Origin: Scyliorhinus canicula
Taxonomy: Eukaryota
DNA length: 64,000 bases
Reading direction: 5' to 3'
Assembly (NCBI RefSeq): GCF_902713615.1
Contig: NW_024056027.1
Span: 186,001-250,000, forward strand
Shown: in pieces, positions 11,476 through 23,092 of the stretch
How positions within the stretch are numbered: position 1 is the stretch's first letter
Layout of the letters: each line of letters opens with the position of its first letter
Made by a program: the position numbers and the translations under genes
Notes under the pieces: generated by a model
Told to the model about the DNA's origin: nothing
Seen by the model: only the letters and a program-made list of their open reading frames with translations
Database searches by the model: none

Positions 11476-11959
11476 AGCTTCAGAAACTCATGAGAATTAT
11501 TTGTTTTTAAAAACGCTTCACTCCAACGAAAGAATCAGCTCAATAAGAAGACATCAGACCTGCAGCGATATAAAGATTGCAGTCTCCATTCCATTTTCAT
11601 CATCACAGCTTCAACTTGATCTGTATCTAATTTCGGTATATGTCAGTGAGTGAAAGAACCGAGAGACTTAGATGCTTAAACATCCAGGGAAATATTGTGA
11701 CAATAAATAACCTTTATTCCTTTAAAAATCACCAGTAAGCCTGCTGCTGAACTGTATTTTAAATAAAGAAATATCATGCTGAGGGTCAGAAAATATCACA
11801 CAAACATCCTGATAATGGAAGTGGAAAGGACCACGAAATGTAATCAACCGTTGTATAACCCCCTTCAGGTAGCTATATAGAGGCTGCAGCCTCTCACACT
11901 GAATGTCTACGTGATCCATAGACACCTCCAGGTTACAAACATCAGCTGCAGCCTGGGAG

Positions 11960-12180
11960 TGGGTGAAAGATCTTAAAAACCTGTTCTCAGGAATATTCCC
12001 CGGGCACTAGGACCCGGATGGGAAGAGAAACCTACAGGTCCCGCCCACCAGCTGTTGCATAACGAAGACGCCAGCGCATGCGCTCTTTTTCCCCGGTGAA
12101 CCAAGATGGCGGCTGTGAAGCAGGGTCTGGTCCCGGGACAGAGATCTGACCGGCGGTGATGTGACCTGAGGATCACCACA
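11960..12180 (+). promoter_or_regulatory. CpG-rich promoter cassette 1 (NRF1 + YY1)
   Basis: GCGCATGCGC at 12074-12083; CAAGATGGCGGC at 12102-12113; lies between the minus-strand ZNF remnant and the plus-strand ZNF gene. Confidence 0.65.
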
Positions 12181-12459
12181 CCTCAGGCAAGGGGCCAGGT
12201 TGGGAAGGCGGTGCCTTCAGGAATAACTGGGAAGGTGATGTTTGGTCAGTTGGTGTGAGGTAAGGAAGTACAGGATTATCACCCAGCAATGATGAATTAA
12301 GGGGAATGTAAATCCAGCTCAGGCTGCTTTCAGATTGGAAAGGGAGCTAAGGTGTGTCCTTAGAGCTGGTGAATGTTGTGGCTTTGGCAGTCTCTCTGTA
12401 AAGTCCTTCTCATTCATTCCCTCTCTTTACAGCACAGATAGAGGCCCTTTTGCCCATTC

Positions 12460-12743
12460 ATAATAATCTTTAATATTAGTGTCACAAGTAGGCTTAAATT
12501 AACACTGCAATGAAATTGCTGTGAAAATCCTCCACACGCCTGTTCAGGTGCGCAGAGGAAGAATTCAAAATGTCCAATTCATCTAACAAGCTCATCTTTC
12601 CGGACTTGTTGGAGGAAATCGGAGCACCTGGAGGAAACCCACGCAGACATGGGGAGAACGTGCAGACTCCAAAGCCGGGAATCGAACCCAAGTCCCTGAT
12701 GCTGTGAAGCAACAGTGCTAACCACTATGCTACCGTGCTGCCC
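12460..12743 (-). mobile_element. tRNA-derived SINE with V-type core and tgacaataa/attatt tail
   Basis: Reverse complement of gggcagcacggtagcatagtggttagcac...gtgggtttcctccaggtgctccg. Confidence 0.8.
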
Positions 12744-12789
12744 AGAAGATTATTAGATTACTAATTCTGGATGAATTGTGTCCCAGGAT

Positions 12790-13240
12790 GCTGTGGGAGG
12801 TGAGGGAGAGATTGCAGTGGCTCTTACCCAAAGTTTTAACCATAAATTCGGCCTGTGATCCGTAGAATTTAGAAGGTTAAGGTGTGATCTGATTGAAGTA
12901 TTTAAGATATTAACACGGAAAGACAGGGTAGATAAAGATAAACTATTTCCACTGGTTGGAGATTCCAATAGTAGGGATCATTGTCTAAAAATTAGGCCTT
13001 GACCGTTCAGGAGAGATGTTCGGAAGAACTTCTTCACACACAGGGTGGGAGAGATTTGAAACTCTTTCCCACAAACAGCAGGTGAAGTTGCATCAGTTGT
13101 TAAGTTTAAATCTGAGGTAGAGTTTTGTTAAGCAAAGATATTAATGGATATGGAGTTAGATCACAGATCAGCCATGATCTCACTAAATGGCAGGACAGAC
13201 TTGAGGTGCTGAATGGCCTACTCCTGTCCCTATGTGTATT
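12790..13240 (+). mobile_element. CR1 3' fragment
   Basis: RRLRCDLIEVFKIL-like reading; tail atggcctactcctgtccctatg. Confidence 0.8.
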
Positions 13241-13275
13241 TCTGTAATTCTGAAATACAGACAATAATATGACAG

Positions 13276-13503
13276 GGGCAGCACGGTGGCGCAGTGGGGT
13301 TAGCCTTGCAGCCTCATGGCGCCAAGGACCCAGGTTCGATCCCGGCTCAGGGTCACTGTCCGTGTGGAGTTTGCACATTCTCCCCATGTCTGCGTGGGTT
13401 TCGGCCCCACAACCCAGAAATGTGCAGGCTAGGTGGATTGGCCACACTAAATTGCCCCTTAATTGGAAAAAAAATGAATTGGGTACACTAAATTTTTAAA
13501 AAA
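13276..13503 (+). mobile_element. HE1-type SINE
   Basis: gggcagcacggtggcgcagtgg head with A/B boxes, V core, A-rich tail. Confidence 0.85.
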
Positions 13504-13559
13504 TAGTATACCATGACAGGGAAAGAGTTCAGATTAGAACCTGAGTTAGTCCGAGCTGC

Positions 13560-14560
13560 AAACCATCCCTCCAGATCCTGGCCCTTCATGGATTTAATGA
13601 AGGCCAAGGCGATAGTTGGATTATTCAAAGACTTGATGGAGTTGTTGGAGACCATTTTTGGGGTCTCAGGATAAAGCCTGACGTAATTTACGACCCACGG
13701 GCTTGAGCTGCCTTTGAACTTCATCGAAGCCTCGACACTTTGTTTGTGTTGCTGCCGAAAGTCCTAAATCCTCCCTCTCTTCTGGAGCCAGACGCCACCT
13801 CACCGTTCCCTCTCGAAAATGAAAATCGCTTATTGTCACGAGTAGGCTTCAATGAAGTTACTGTGAAAAGCCCCTAGTCGCCACATTCCGGCGCCTGTCC
13901 GGGGAGGCTGGTATGGGAATCGAACCATGCTGCTGGCCTGCTTGGTCTGCTTTAAAAGCCAGCGATTTAGCTGAGTGAGCTAAACCAGCCCCTCTCCAGG
14001 ACATTCTGGCGATCTTTCCAGTTGTGGAAGTAAATGATTATAGGCCTGGGATGAAAACTATCCCTCAGCCTCAGGGACAGGATACGATACATCCTTTCTA
14101 ATTTGGAACACCCAGGCTTCACATCCAGCTTGAGAAAACGTGGCTTCCGGTCCTCGAAGAACTAACGGGATCCTTACCATCCACACCTTCTGACAGGCCG
14201 CCAACTCGGATGTTCTTTCTCCGACACTCGGTTCTCCAAATCCTCCAGGACCTCCGCCAGGCACCCAGCTGGTTTTCAAAGGATTGAATTCTTGCCTCCG
14301 TCGAGGAGGCATCTTGCTGAATGTTCAGGTTCTCTCCTCCGGATCATTGAGCCTCTTCCTGGTGTTTTGCAGCTGGGCCTCATGAGCTCACAGATATTGA
14401 GTCAGCACACTCCGCCTCTGGTCAGTAACACGGATAATGTCGGCAGTCAACATTTTCGCCACCTCTTGAGAGAGCCCCACAGAGCGCGGGATCGTGAGAC
14501 CTCCTGAGGGTCAGGCCGCATTGTTGAAAAGGCGGCTTAATTCCCGCTGAATCCACCTGC
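13560..14560 (-). mobile_element. Decayed L1-clade ORF1 relic, interrupted by a SINE
   Basis: Manual translation gives LEDLENR..RKNIRV.GLSEGVDGKDP...LERMYR...PRPIII.FHNWKDRQ.VLE and RGFDEV.RQL....VNYVRLYP, the L1 ORF1p motifs. Confidence 0.7.
13815..13989 (-). mobile_element. Short (~175 bp) tRNA-derived SINE with (TTTCA)n tail
   Basis: 7-bp TSD ccctctc at 13808-13814 and 13990-13996; same family at 17839, 39396, 42906, 56114, 58004. Confidence 0.9.
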
Positions 14561-15590
14561 CCTGTTTTATCAGCGCATTTCTTCACTTTTTACAGCATAA
14601 TCCTTCCAGACCGAACCCTGAAGTCTTCCAGGGACATGATAACAAATATTAATTCAAGGATTAGGTAAATGAGTGCCAGGCAATCAGGATAAGTGACAGA
14701 TCATAGGTCAGTGGCACCAGAACCTGCGGAAAACAAGCTAATCCCATTCCGGTGGGAGGGATTTCTTCACTCGAGGATGTGGTGAAGCTTTGGAATTCTC
14801 TACCTCCGAGGATTCTGCAGCTTCAGTCGTCAAGTATGTTCAAGACACAGATTGACAAGTTTCTGGACATTGAAGATGTCGAGGGATATGGGGATAGTGT
14901 GGGAAAATGGTGCTGAGGTAGATCGGCTAAGGATCCCATTGAATGGTTCAGCTTCAATGGGCTGAATGGCCGACTGCAACTCATTTTTGTTATGATCGCC
15001 TGGACAGGAAGCTGTGAGCTTGGATCTGTCAATCAACATGAATCAGCACCTTCAGGAGAATTGGGAGGGTGAATATTAGATACAGCAGAGTCAGAATGGA
15101 GGGAGAGTGTGTGGGATGGAAATTTACAGCTCTCAGGGAATAAGAGAGAGGAAACAATGTGACATAGAAACTAGCATTGTCTGTTCTGAGTTTCAATCCT
15201 GTACTGACAGTAATGAATTTTGTAAATTGTTTCTTCCAGGATATTGGACAAGGAGGAATTACAGACAGAAATCTCAAATGTTACGTCCCGATCTGACAGC
15301 CACTCCCTTCCTTGGAACCTGAATACTATCGGGCTTTCAACCTAGAAGGAGAAATGTTTACCCAAACTGTTAGCTAAACATTTCAACCATTAGTGCGACT
15401 GGAAAAGCACCGAGACCCACACAACACACACCCGAGTGAGAGAGTTCCAGTGAACTGACTGTGGAAAGAGCTTTAACCAGTTACACAGCCTGAAAAACAT
15501 AACATTCAGAGCAGGGAGGGTGCATACCCGTGTTGTGGCTGAGGCTTCAACTGATTGTCCAGCCTGGAGAGACGTGAGGAGACCCAAAAC

Positions 15591-16409
15591 ATGGAGAAAC
15601 CGTGGAAATGTGGGGATTGTGGGAAGGGATTCAGAGTCCCATCTCAGCTGGAAATTCATCAACGCAGTCACACCGGGGAGAGGCCATTCACCTGCTCAAA
15701 GTGTGGGAAGGGATTTACTCAGTTCTCCAGTCTGCAGACACATCAGCGAGTTCACACTGGGGAGAGGCCGCTCACCTGCTCTCAGTGTGGGAAGGGATTC
15801 ACTCGGTTATCCACCCTGCAGACACATCAGCAAGTTCACACTGAGGAGAAGCCATTCACCTGCTCCCAGTGTGGGATGGGATTTACTCAATTATATCACC
15901 TGCAGAGACACCTGCGAGTTCACACTGGAGAGAGGCCATTCACCTGTCCTCAGTGTGGGAAAGGATTTACTCGAGTATTCAACCTGCAGTCACACCAGCG
16001 AGTTCACACTGGGGAGAGGCCGTTCACCTGCTCTCAATGTGGGAAAGGATTTGCTGAAGTATCCAACCTGCGGAGACACCAGCAAGTTCACACTGGGGAG
16101 AGGCCATTCACCTGCTCTCAGTGTGGGCAAGGATTTACTCAATTATCTCACCTGCGGAGACACCAGCGAGTTCAGACTGGGGAGAGGCCATTCACCTGCT
16201 CTCGGTGTGGGAAGGGATTCACTCGGTTATCTCACCTGCAGTCACACCAGCGAGTTCACACTGGGGAGAGGCCATTGATCTGCTCTCAGTGTGGGAAAGG
16301 ATTTACTCGTTTATTCACCCTGCGGAGACACCAGCGAGTTCACACTGGGGAGACGCTGTCCACCTCTCCATGTGAGACAGGATTACATGTTTCATCGCAC
16401 CTCCTGTGA
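15591..16409 (+). CDS. C2H2 zinc-finger protein gene 1 (9 fingers, the 7th degenerate; no KRAB-like domain seen)
   Basis: ATG at 15591 (MEKPWKC); tandem CxxC...HxxxH with HTGERPF linkers; exon acceptor ttccAG at 15238-15239; the terminal finger has decayed into a stop. Confidence 0.88.
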   Translation: MEKPWKCGDCGKGFRVPSQLEIHQRSHTGERPFTCSKCGKGFTQFSSLQTHQRVHTGERPLTCSQCGKGFTRLSTLQTHQQVHTEEKPFTCSQCGMGFTQLYHLQRHLRVHTGERPFTCPQCGKGFTRVFNLQSHQRVHTGERPFTCSQCGKGFAEVSNLRRHQQVHTGERPFTCSQCGQGFTQLSHLRRHQRVQTGERPFTCSRCGKGFTRLSHLQSHQRVHTGERPLICSQCGKGFTRLFTLRRHQRVHTGETLSTSPCETGLHVSSHLL

Positions 16410-16877
16410 CACCAACAATTTCACAATCGATTACAGGGGTTGGATTCTGCTGTTATTGTTTCTGCTCTACACCCAGGACTGCATTTTGTTCATTCTGACA
16501 GGTGGTCAGTGGGGATGGTCGGAGGGTTTCTTTCTGCTGGACTGGCCGGTCTCACCACTTTGCCTCCAGTGGGCTGATTCTCTTTGAGCCTTGTTGCTAA
16601 TACCTGGCTTCAAATTGCACAAGGATCACAGAGTGAAAGGGTGTTTGGAAGTTTGAAGATAGTTCGTTTCCATTTCTGTTTGGAACCCCCCCAAAGCATG
16701 CCATGTTGCCATGGAGATGGGCCCTGGTGGTTACCTGGTTCTTTTGTATAATTTATCTGGGTGTTCCTCACAGAAGAAAACTATCAGGGTATGAGGGGCA
16801 AGTTGTCTGAGGTGGACTGGGAAACTGATTGGTACGGGGAATACCTAATATTTAAGGAATTATTACATATTTATCAG

Positions 16878-17055
16878 GGGGTCGGTCAGCTCAGTTGGCC
16901 GGACGGCTGGTTGGTGATGCAGAGCAAAGCCAACAGTGAGGATTCAACTCCCGTACTGGCTGGGTTTATTCATGAATAAACTTCTCAACCAGGCCCCTCG
17001 CCTGAGGTGGCTGACCCTCGGGTTAAATCACCTCCAGTCAGCTCTCTCTCTGTCA
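16878..17055 (+). mobile_element. Third tRNA-derived SINE type
   Basis: gggtcggtcagctcagttggccggacggctgg...ttcaactcccgtactggctg...cctgaggtgg; related pieces at 12160-12220 and 22310-22400. Confidence 0.6.
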
Positions 17056-17089
17056 ATGGCGAGAGCAGCCTATGGTCCTCTGGGAATTT

Positions 17090-18800
17090 TGTGACTTTTA
17101 TTTCACATATATACAACAAATATAGATTCCTTTAAAGAATAAAAATCCAACAGGAAAAGTGATGGAACCGTGGCTAACAAGAAAAGTTAAAGATTCCATG
17201 AGATCCATTAGAATTCAGCAAAGGAGGATCAAGAAACTGATGAGAGCAAACTGGGGAGAAACATAAAAACCGACTGGAAAAGCTTTGACAGGAATGTGAA
17301 AAGGAAAAGATTAGCAAAGACCAATGTGGGTCCATTCCAGGCAGAGACAGGAGAGTTTATAATGGGGAGTAAGGAAATGGCAGAGAAACTGAACAATGTG
17401 TGTCTGTCTTTACGGAGGAAGATGCAAACATTTCCCCCAAACCCTAGAGACCCAAGGGGCTCGTGAGCACAAGGAACAGTAAGAGATGAGAATTAGTGAA
17501 AAAGTAGTCCTGGAGAAATTAATGGGGTTGGAAGTGAATAAATCCCCAAAAGCTGATCTACATCCCAGAGTGTTGAACAAGATGGCTTTCCTCATTCTAA
17601 ATTCTCCTGACTCTATCTGTAATGGACAAACGTTTCCTTTTTACGTACCTATAGAAACCTTTACCACCGTCCATTTTTATGTAGTTTGCTGGTTCACATT
17701 CATATTCTATTCTCCCTCGCTTTCTCAGTGTCTTGGTCCTTTGCTCTATTATAAAATCGTCCCAATCCTCAGGTTTATTCCTATTTCTGATAATATTATC
17801 GGCCTTTTCTTTCAATCTTTTACAAAACTTCACTCCTAGGGGCTGGTTTAGCTCACTGAGCTAATTCGCTGGCTTTTAAAGCAGGCCAGCAGCACGGTTC
17901 GATTCCCGTACCAGCCTCCCCGGACAGGCGCCGGAATGTGGCGACTAGGGGCTTTTCACAGTAACTTCATTGAAGCCTACTCGTGACAATAAGCGATTTT
18001 CATTTCATTTCCCTCAGGTAGTCACGGTTCTCTGACCTTTTGGGGTTCTTGTGCCTTGAAGGAATGTAAACTGTGTAATAATTATTGAAAGTCTATCCAT
18101 TGCCTGTGGACTGTCACACATTTTAATTTACTTACCCCAATCCACCTCAGCTAATTTATCCCTTCTACCTTCATAATTTCCTTCAAACTTAATACCCTGG
18201 CTTCGGATTAGAATACCTCATATTCAATATTCTGGTCACTCATCCCTAAAGGTTGTTTTACAGCACGATTATCAATTAGCCCTTTATCATTGCATAATAT
18301 TAGATCTGCAAAGCCTGTTCTCTAGTCGGTTCCTCAACTTACTGCTGTAGAAAACTGTCCCTAACACATTCCAGAAACGTGTCCTCCACAGCATCAGTGC
18401 CCATTAGGTTTACCCAGTCTATATGCAGATTGAAGTCACCCATTAATGTTTTACCCATGCTACATGCTTCTCTAATCTCTGATTAATACCATGTCCCACA
18501 CAACCCCTACTGTTTGGTGGCCTATAACACCTCTCACCAATGTTTCCTGCCCCATGCTGTTTCTTGGCTCCATCCAAACATATTCCATGTTTTGTATTCC
18601 TGATCTGAGATCCACCCTTACTAATGTTCTGATGCCGTCCCTTATTATCCGAGCAACACCACCTCCTTTTCCTTTTTGCCTGCATCATCAGCAAACTAAG
18701 CGACCATACCTTTGGTACTGTCATCAAAGTCATTGATATAAATTGTAAAATGTTGAGGCTCCAGGACTGATCCCTGTGACACACCACTCATTACATCTCG
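17090..18800. mobile_element. CR1 fragments in both orientations
   Basis: Plus-strand EKVVLEKLMGL..NKSP..D.LHPRVL; minus-strand EN-region peptides. Confidence 0.75.
17839..18010 (+). mobile_element. Short (TTTCA)n-tailed SINE
   Basis: ggggctggtttagctcactgagct...gtgacaataagcgattttcatttcattt. Confidence 0.9.
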
Positions 18801-19034
18801 CCAACCAGAAAATGGCCTATTTGTGCCGACTCTCGGTTTTCTGGCAGCTGGCTAATCTTTCACTGTGAAAGACAGTTCTGGGATTAAACGCTGCCTGACT
18901 GTGAAAAGAACGGAAGTAAATCCTCGGGAATGACTCATTAATTAGGACTGGTTCTGAGATAATTCAGCTTCGACTTGCGGGGCAGAGTAACCATAATTGT
19001 ACAGTTCGAATTTAGATTGCATAACTTTAGTACA

Positions 19035-19323
19035 GTAACACAGTGGTAAGCACTGTTACTTCACAACGCCAGGGTCCCAGGTTAGATTCCCACTTGGGTC
19101 ACTGTTGTACAGAGTCTGCACGTTCTCCCCGTGTCTGGGTAGGTTTCCTCCGGAAGCTCCGGTTTCCTCCCAAAAGATGTGCTTGTTAGATGAATTTGGC
19201 GTCCTGAATTCTCCCTCTGAGTACCCGAACAGGCGCTCGACTGTGGCGACTCAGGGATTTTCACAGTAACATTGCAGTGTTAATGTCAGCCTACTTGTGA
19301 AAATAATTAAGATTATTATTATT
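19035..19323 (+). mobile_element. tRNA-derived SINE with V core and (att)n tail
   Basis: cagtggtaagcactg head, ctccggtttcctcc core. Confidence 0.75.
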
Positions 19324-19377
19324 AAAAAAGAGCAAAGTTCTGTGTGTAGGTTAAAATATCTTCTAGTTTGTTTGAAA

Positions 19378-19713
19378 CATAGACTTTACAGTGCAGAAGG
19401 AGGCCATTCGGCCCATCGAGTCTGCCCCGGTACCGGCTCTTTGAAAGAGCACGCTACCCAATCCCACCTTCCATCCATAACCCAGTAGCCCAACCCAACA
19501 CTAAGGGCAATTTTGGACACTAAGGCACATGACCAGTTCACCTAACCTACAGATCTTTGGACTGTGGGAGGAAACAAGAGCACCCGGAGGAAACCCACGC
19601 ACACACGGGAGAACGTGCAGACTCCGCACAGACAGTGAACCATGCCGGGAACCGAACCTGGGACCCTGGAGCTGTGAAGCAATTGTGCTAACCACCATGC
19701 TACCAGCGTGCCC
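19378..19713 (-). mobile_element. HE1-type SINE starting immediately 3' of the tRNA terminator
   Basis: Reverse complement gggcacgctggtagcatggtggttagcac...V core...CR1-like tail. Confidence 0.85.
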
Positions 19714-19729
19714 ATAAAAGTTTGAACAC

Positions 19730-19802
19730 CGAGCCAGCCAGGAATCGAACCTCGAATCTCCTGATTCGTAGTCAGACGCATTATCCATTGCGCCACTGGC
19801 CC
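19730..19802 (-). tRNA. trnR-ACG: tRNA-Arg(ACG), variant or young pseudogene
   Basis: GGGCCAGTGGCGCAATGGATAATGCGTCTGACTACGAATCAGGAGATTCGAGGTTCGATTCCTGGCTGGCTCG, 73 nt; cloverleaf close to vertebrate tRNA-Arg(ACG); TTTT 11-14 nt downstream. Confidence 0.9.
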
Positions 19803-20100
19803 ACATGTAACAGTTTGATGCATCAAAAGTCATAAAACTTAAAGGTCCATTGTGTGATTCTTTCATTTGTTGACTGGGAATTCAATTTCTTTTAAAGAAG
19901 TTGCTGACATTTATGGAAGCCCTAATCCACAAAATCTGACTTCGGATTTGAACATCGGGTACCGTTCTGTTTCTATTGCTTGTGTCAAAGGCAGCCAGGT
20001 GATGGAGCTGAGGGCTGAATTTAGCTGAGAATAAAGGGGCCTGTTCACTAATAGACAGGAAGGTATTGGAGGCCTGACTTGTGAAATTGACCTCCAACTT

Positions 20101-20350
20101 GGAGTCTGCACGTCCTCCCCGTGTGTGCGTGGGTTTCCTCCGGGTGCTCCGGTTTCCTCCCACAGTCCAAAGATGTGCGGGTTAGGTGGATTGGCCATGC
20201 TAAATTGCCCGTAGTGTAAGGTTAATGGGGGGATTGTTGGGTTACGGGTATACGGGTACGTGGGTTTAAGTGGGGTGATCATTGTTCGGCACAACATCGA
20301 GGGCCGAAGGGCCTGTTCTGTGCTGTACTGTTCTATGTTCTATGTTCTAA
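20101..20350 (+). mobile_element. 5'-truncated HE1 SINE
   Basis: V core plus tail gggccgaagggcctgttctgtgctgtactg(ttctatg)n. Confidence 0.85.
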
Positions 20351-20409
20351 CTAATCAGGGGTGGGGTAAGCCTACTTGTGGCAATAAAGATTATTATTAT
20401 AAGTGCTTT

Positions 20410-21470
20410 GCTACAAAATCTTTGGCAATGGATTCTAGACTTTCCCCCACTGCCGATGTCAGGCTAACTGGTCGATAATTCCCTGTTTTCTCTCTGTATC
20501 CCTTTTTTCAATAGTGGAATTACATAAGGCACACTCCAATCTGCAGGAATTGTTCCAGGGTCTGTAGAATCCTGGAAGGTGACCACCATCTATTTCTACA
20601 GCCACTTCTTTTAAGTACTTTGGGATGCAGATTATCAGACCCTGGGGATTTATCAGCCTTCAATCCCATCAATTTCCCAACACCATTTCTCTCCTAATAT
20701 TGATCTCCTTCAGTTCTCCCCCCCCCCCCCCTCACTAAATCCTGCTTTCCCCAACATTTCTGGTATCTGATTTGTGAAGACAGAACCAAAGTATGTATTT
20801 ATTTGCTCAGCCATTTCTTTGTCCCCAATTATACATCCCCCTGTTTCTGACTGTAAGGAACCTACATTTGTCTTCCCCAATCTTTTTCTCTTCACATACC
20901 GACAGAAACTTATACAATCGGCCTAATTTCCTGTTTTGTGCCATTCCCAACATCATCACTGCAGTTTGGGGTCTATATACGATGCTCACTAATGTTTTTG
21001 CCCCTTGCTGATTCTCAGCTCCACCCATATAGATTCCACATTGTTGGAGCTAATATCCTTCCTCACTATTGCATTAATTTCCTCTTTAACCAGCACTGCC
21101 ACTCCACTGCCTTTTCCTTTTGTCTGTCCTTCCTAAATACTGAATATATTCAATTCCCATCCCTGGTCATTCTGCAGCCACGTATCCATAATCCCGATTA
21201 TAGGACTGAGTATAGGAGGAACTTCTTCACCCAAAGGGTTGTGAATCTATGGAATTCCTTGCCCAGTGAAGCAATTGAGGCTCCTTCATTAAATGTTTTT
21301 AAGATAACGATAGATCGTTTTTTGAAGAATAAAGCGATTAAGGGTTATGGTGCTCGGGCCGGAAAGTGGAACTGTGTCCACCAAAGATCAGCCATGATCT
21401 CATTGAATGGCGGAGCAGGCTCGATGGGCAAGATGACCTACTCCTGCTCCTAGTTCTTATGTTCTTATAT
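20410..21470. mobile_element. CR1 fragments (minus strand 20410-21170, plus-strand 3' end 21200-21470)
   Basis: KRKRLGKTNVG.L..ETG...GDKEMAE..N.YF.SVFT; RRNFFTQRVVNLWNSLP. Confidence 0.85.
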
Positions 21471-21504
21471 TACATCTGTTCATGTATATTTGCGCAATTC
21501 ACTT

Positions 21505-22085
<581 letters not shown>

Positions 22086-22104
22086 CACGGGGATCGGTTA
22101 GGTC

Positions 22105-22305
22105 AATTTTTTTTAAATGTTATAATTGTAGAGTACCCAATTCATTTTTTCCAATTTACCTACCCTGCACATCTTTGGGTTGTGGGGACAAAACTCACGC
22201 AAACACGGGGAGAATGTGCCAACTCCACACGGACAGTGACGCAGAGCTGGGATCTCGGGACCTCGGCGCCGTGAGGCAGCAGTGCTACCCACTGTGCCAC
22301 TGTGC
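22105..22305 (-). mobile_element. HE1-type SINE
   Basis: Reverse complement gcacagtggcacagtgggtagcactgctgcctcacggcgcc...V core. Confidence 0.8.
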
Positions 22306-23092
22306 TGCTCTTCGGTTAGCTCAGTTGACTGGATGTCTGGTCCGTGCTGAGTGACACCAACAGCACAGGTTAAATTCCCATACTGGCTGAGGTTAGCCAT
22401 GGTCTGTCAGTATTTATGCTCCACATGATCCTCCACCCACCCCTCTACATCTCCCCCCAATCAGCATCTCCCTCTATGCCTTTCTCCCTCATGTATGTAT
22501 CTAGCTTTACGTTCAATGGATTCATGCTGTTCACCTCAACCACTCGCTGTGGTAACGAGTTCCACATTCCCACCACTCTCTGGGTAAAGAGGTTTCTACT
22601 GACCTTCCTATTGGATTATTGAATTCCTTCATAATCTGAAAGATGTCCATCAGGTTACCCATCAGTCTTCTCTTTTCCAAAAAAAGCAGCCCCAGCCTTT
22701 CCCGAGTGTTAAATGCTCTCAGTTCTGCATATCATGAATGTTTGTTGCACCTTCTCCAGTGCCTCAATTTCCTTTTTCTGAATGGAGATCATCAATGTTG
22801 AAAGTGCTCCCAGTGTAGTCTAACCCTGAGCTTATCAATTCTATCCTTAAGAGTGGAAACCTATATATGGGCCCCACACTTTGGGAAAGATGTGAAGTTC
22901 TTTGAGAGGGGCAGAGGACATTTATGAGAAAGGCACCAGAGATGAGGGACTCAGTTGGAGTGACTGGAGCAGCTGAGTTTCTCTCCTGAGATCACAGCAT
23001 GTGGAGGGTGGAGAATGGGGCCATTCAGCCCTTTGGGACCGTGTCAGCTCTCTGTTTAGGAAGCCAGTCTGTCCATTGCCCCATTCTGTCCC

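Noticed and set aside
13276-13350. SINE heads (here and about 20 other sites) as tRNA genes
   Set aside because: A/B boxes are present but there is no complete cloverleaf, and they continue into V-core and LINE-derived tails
15520-16587. Alternative-frame ORFs overlapping the ZNF genes (also 33368-34657)
   Set aside because: Shadow frames of repetitive finger codons
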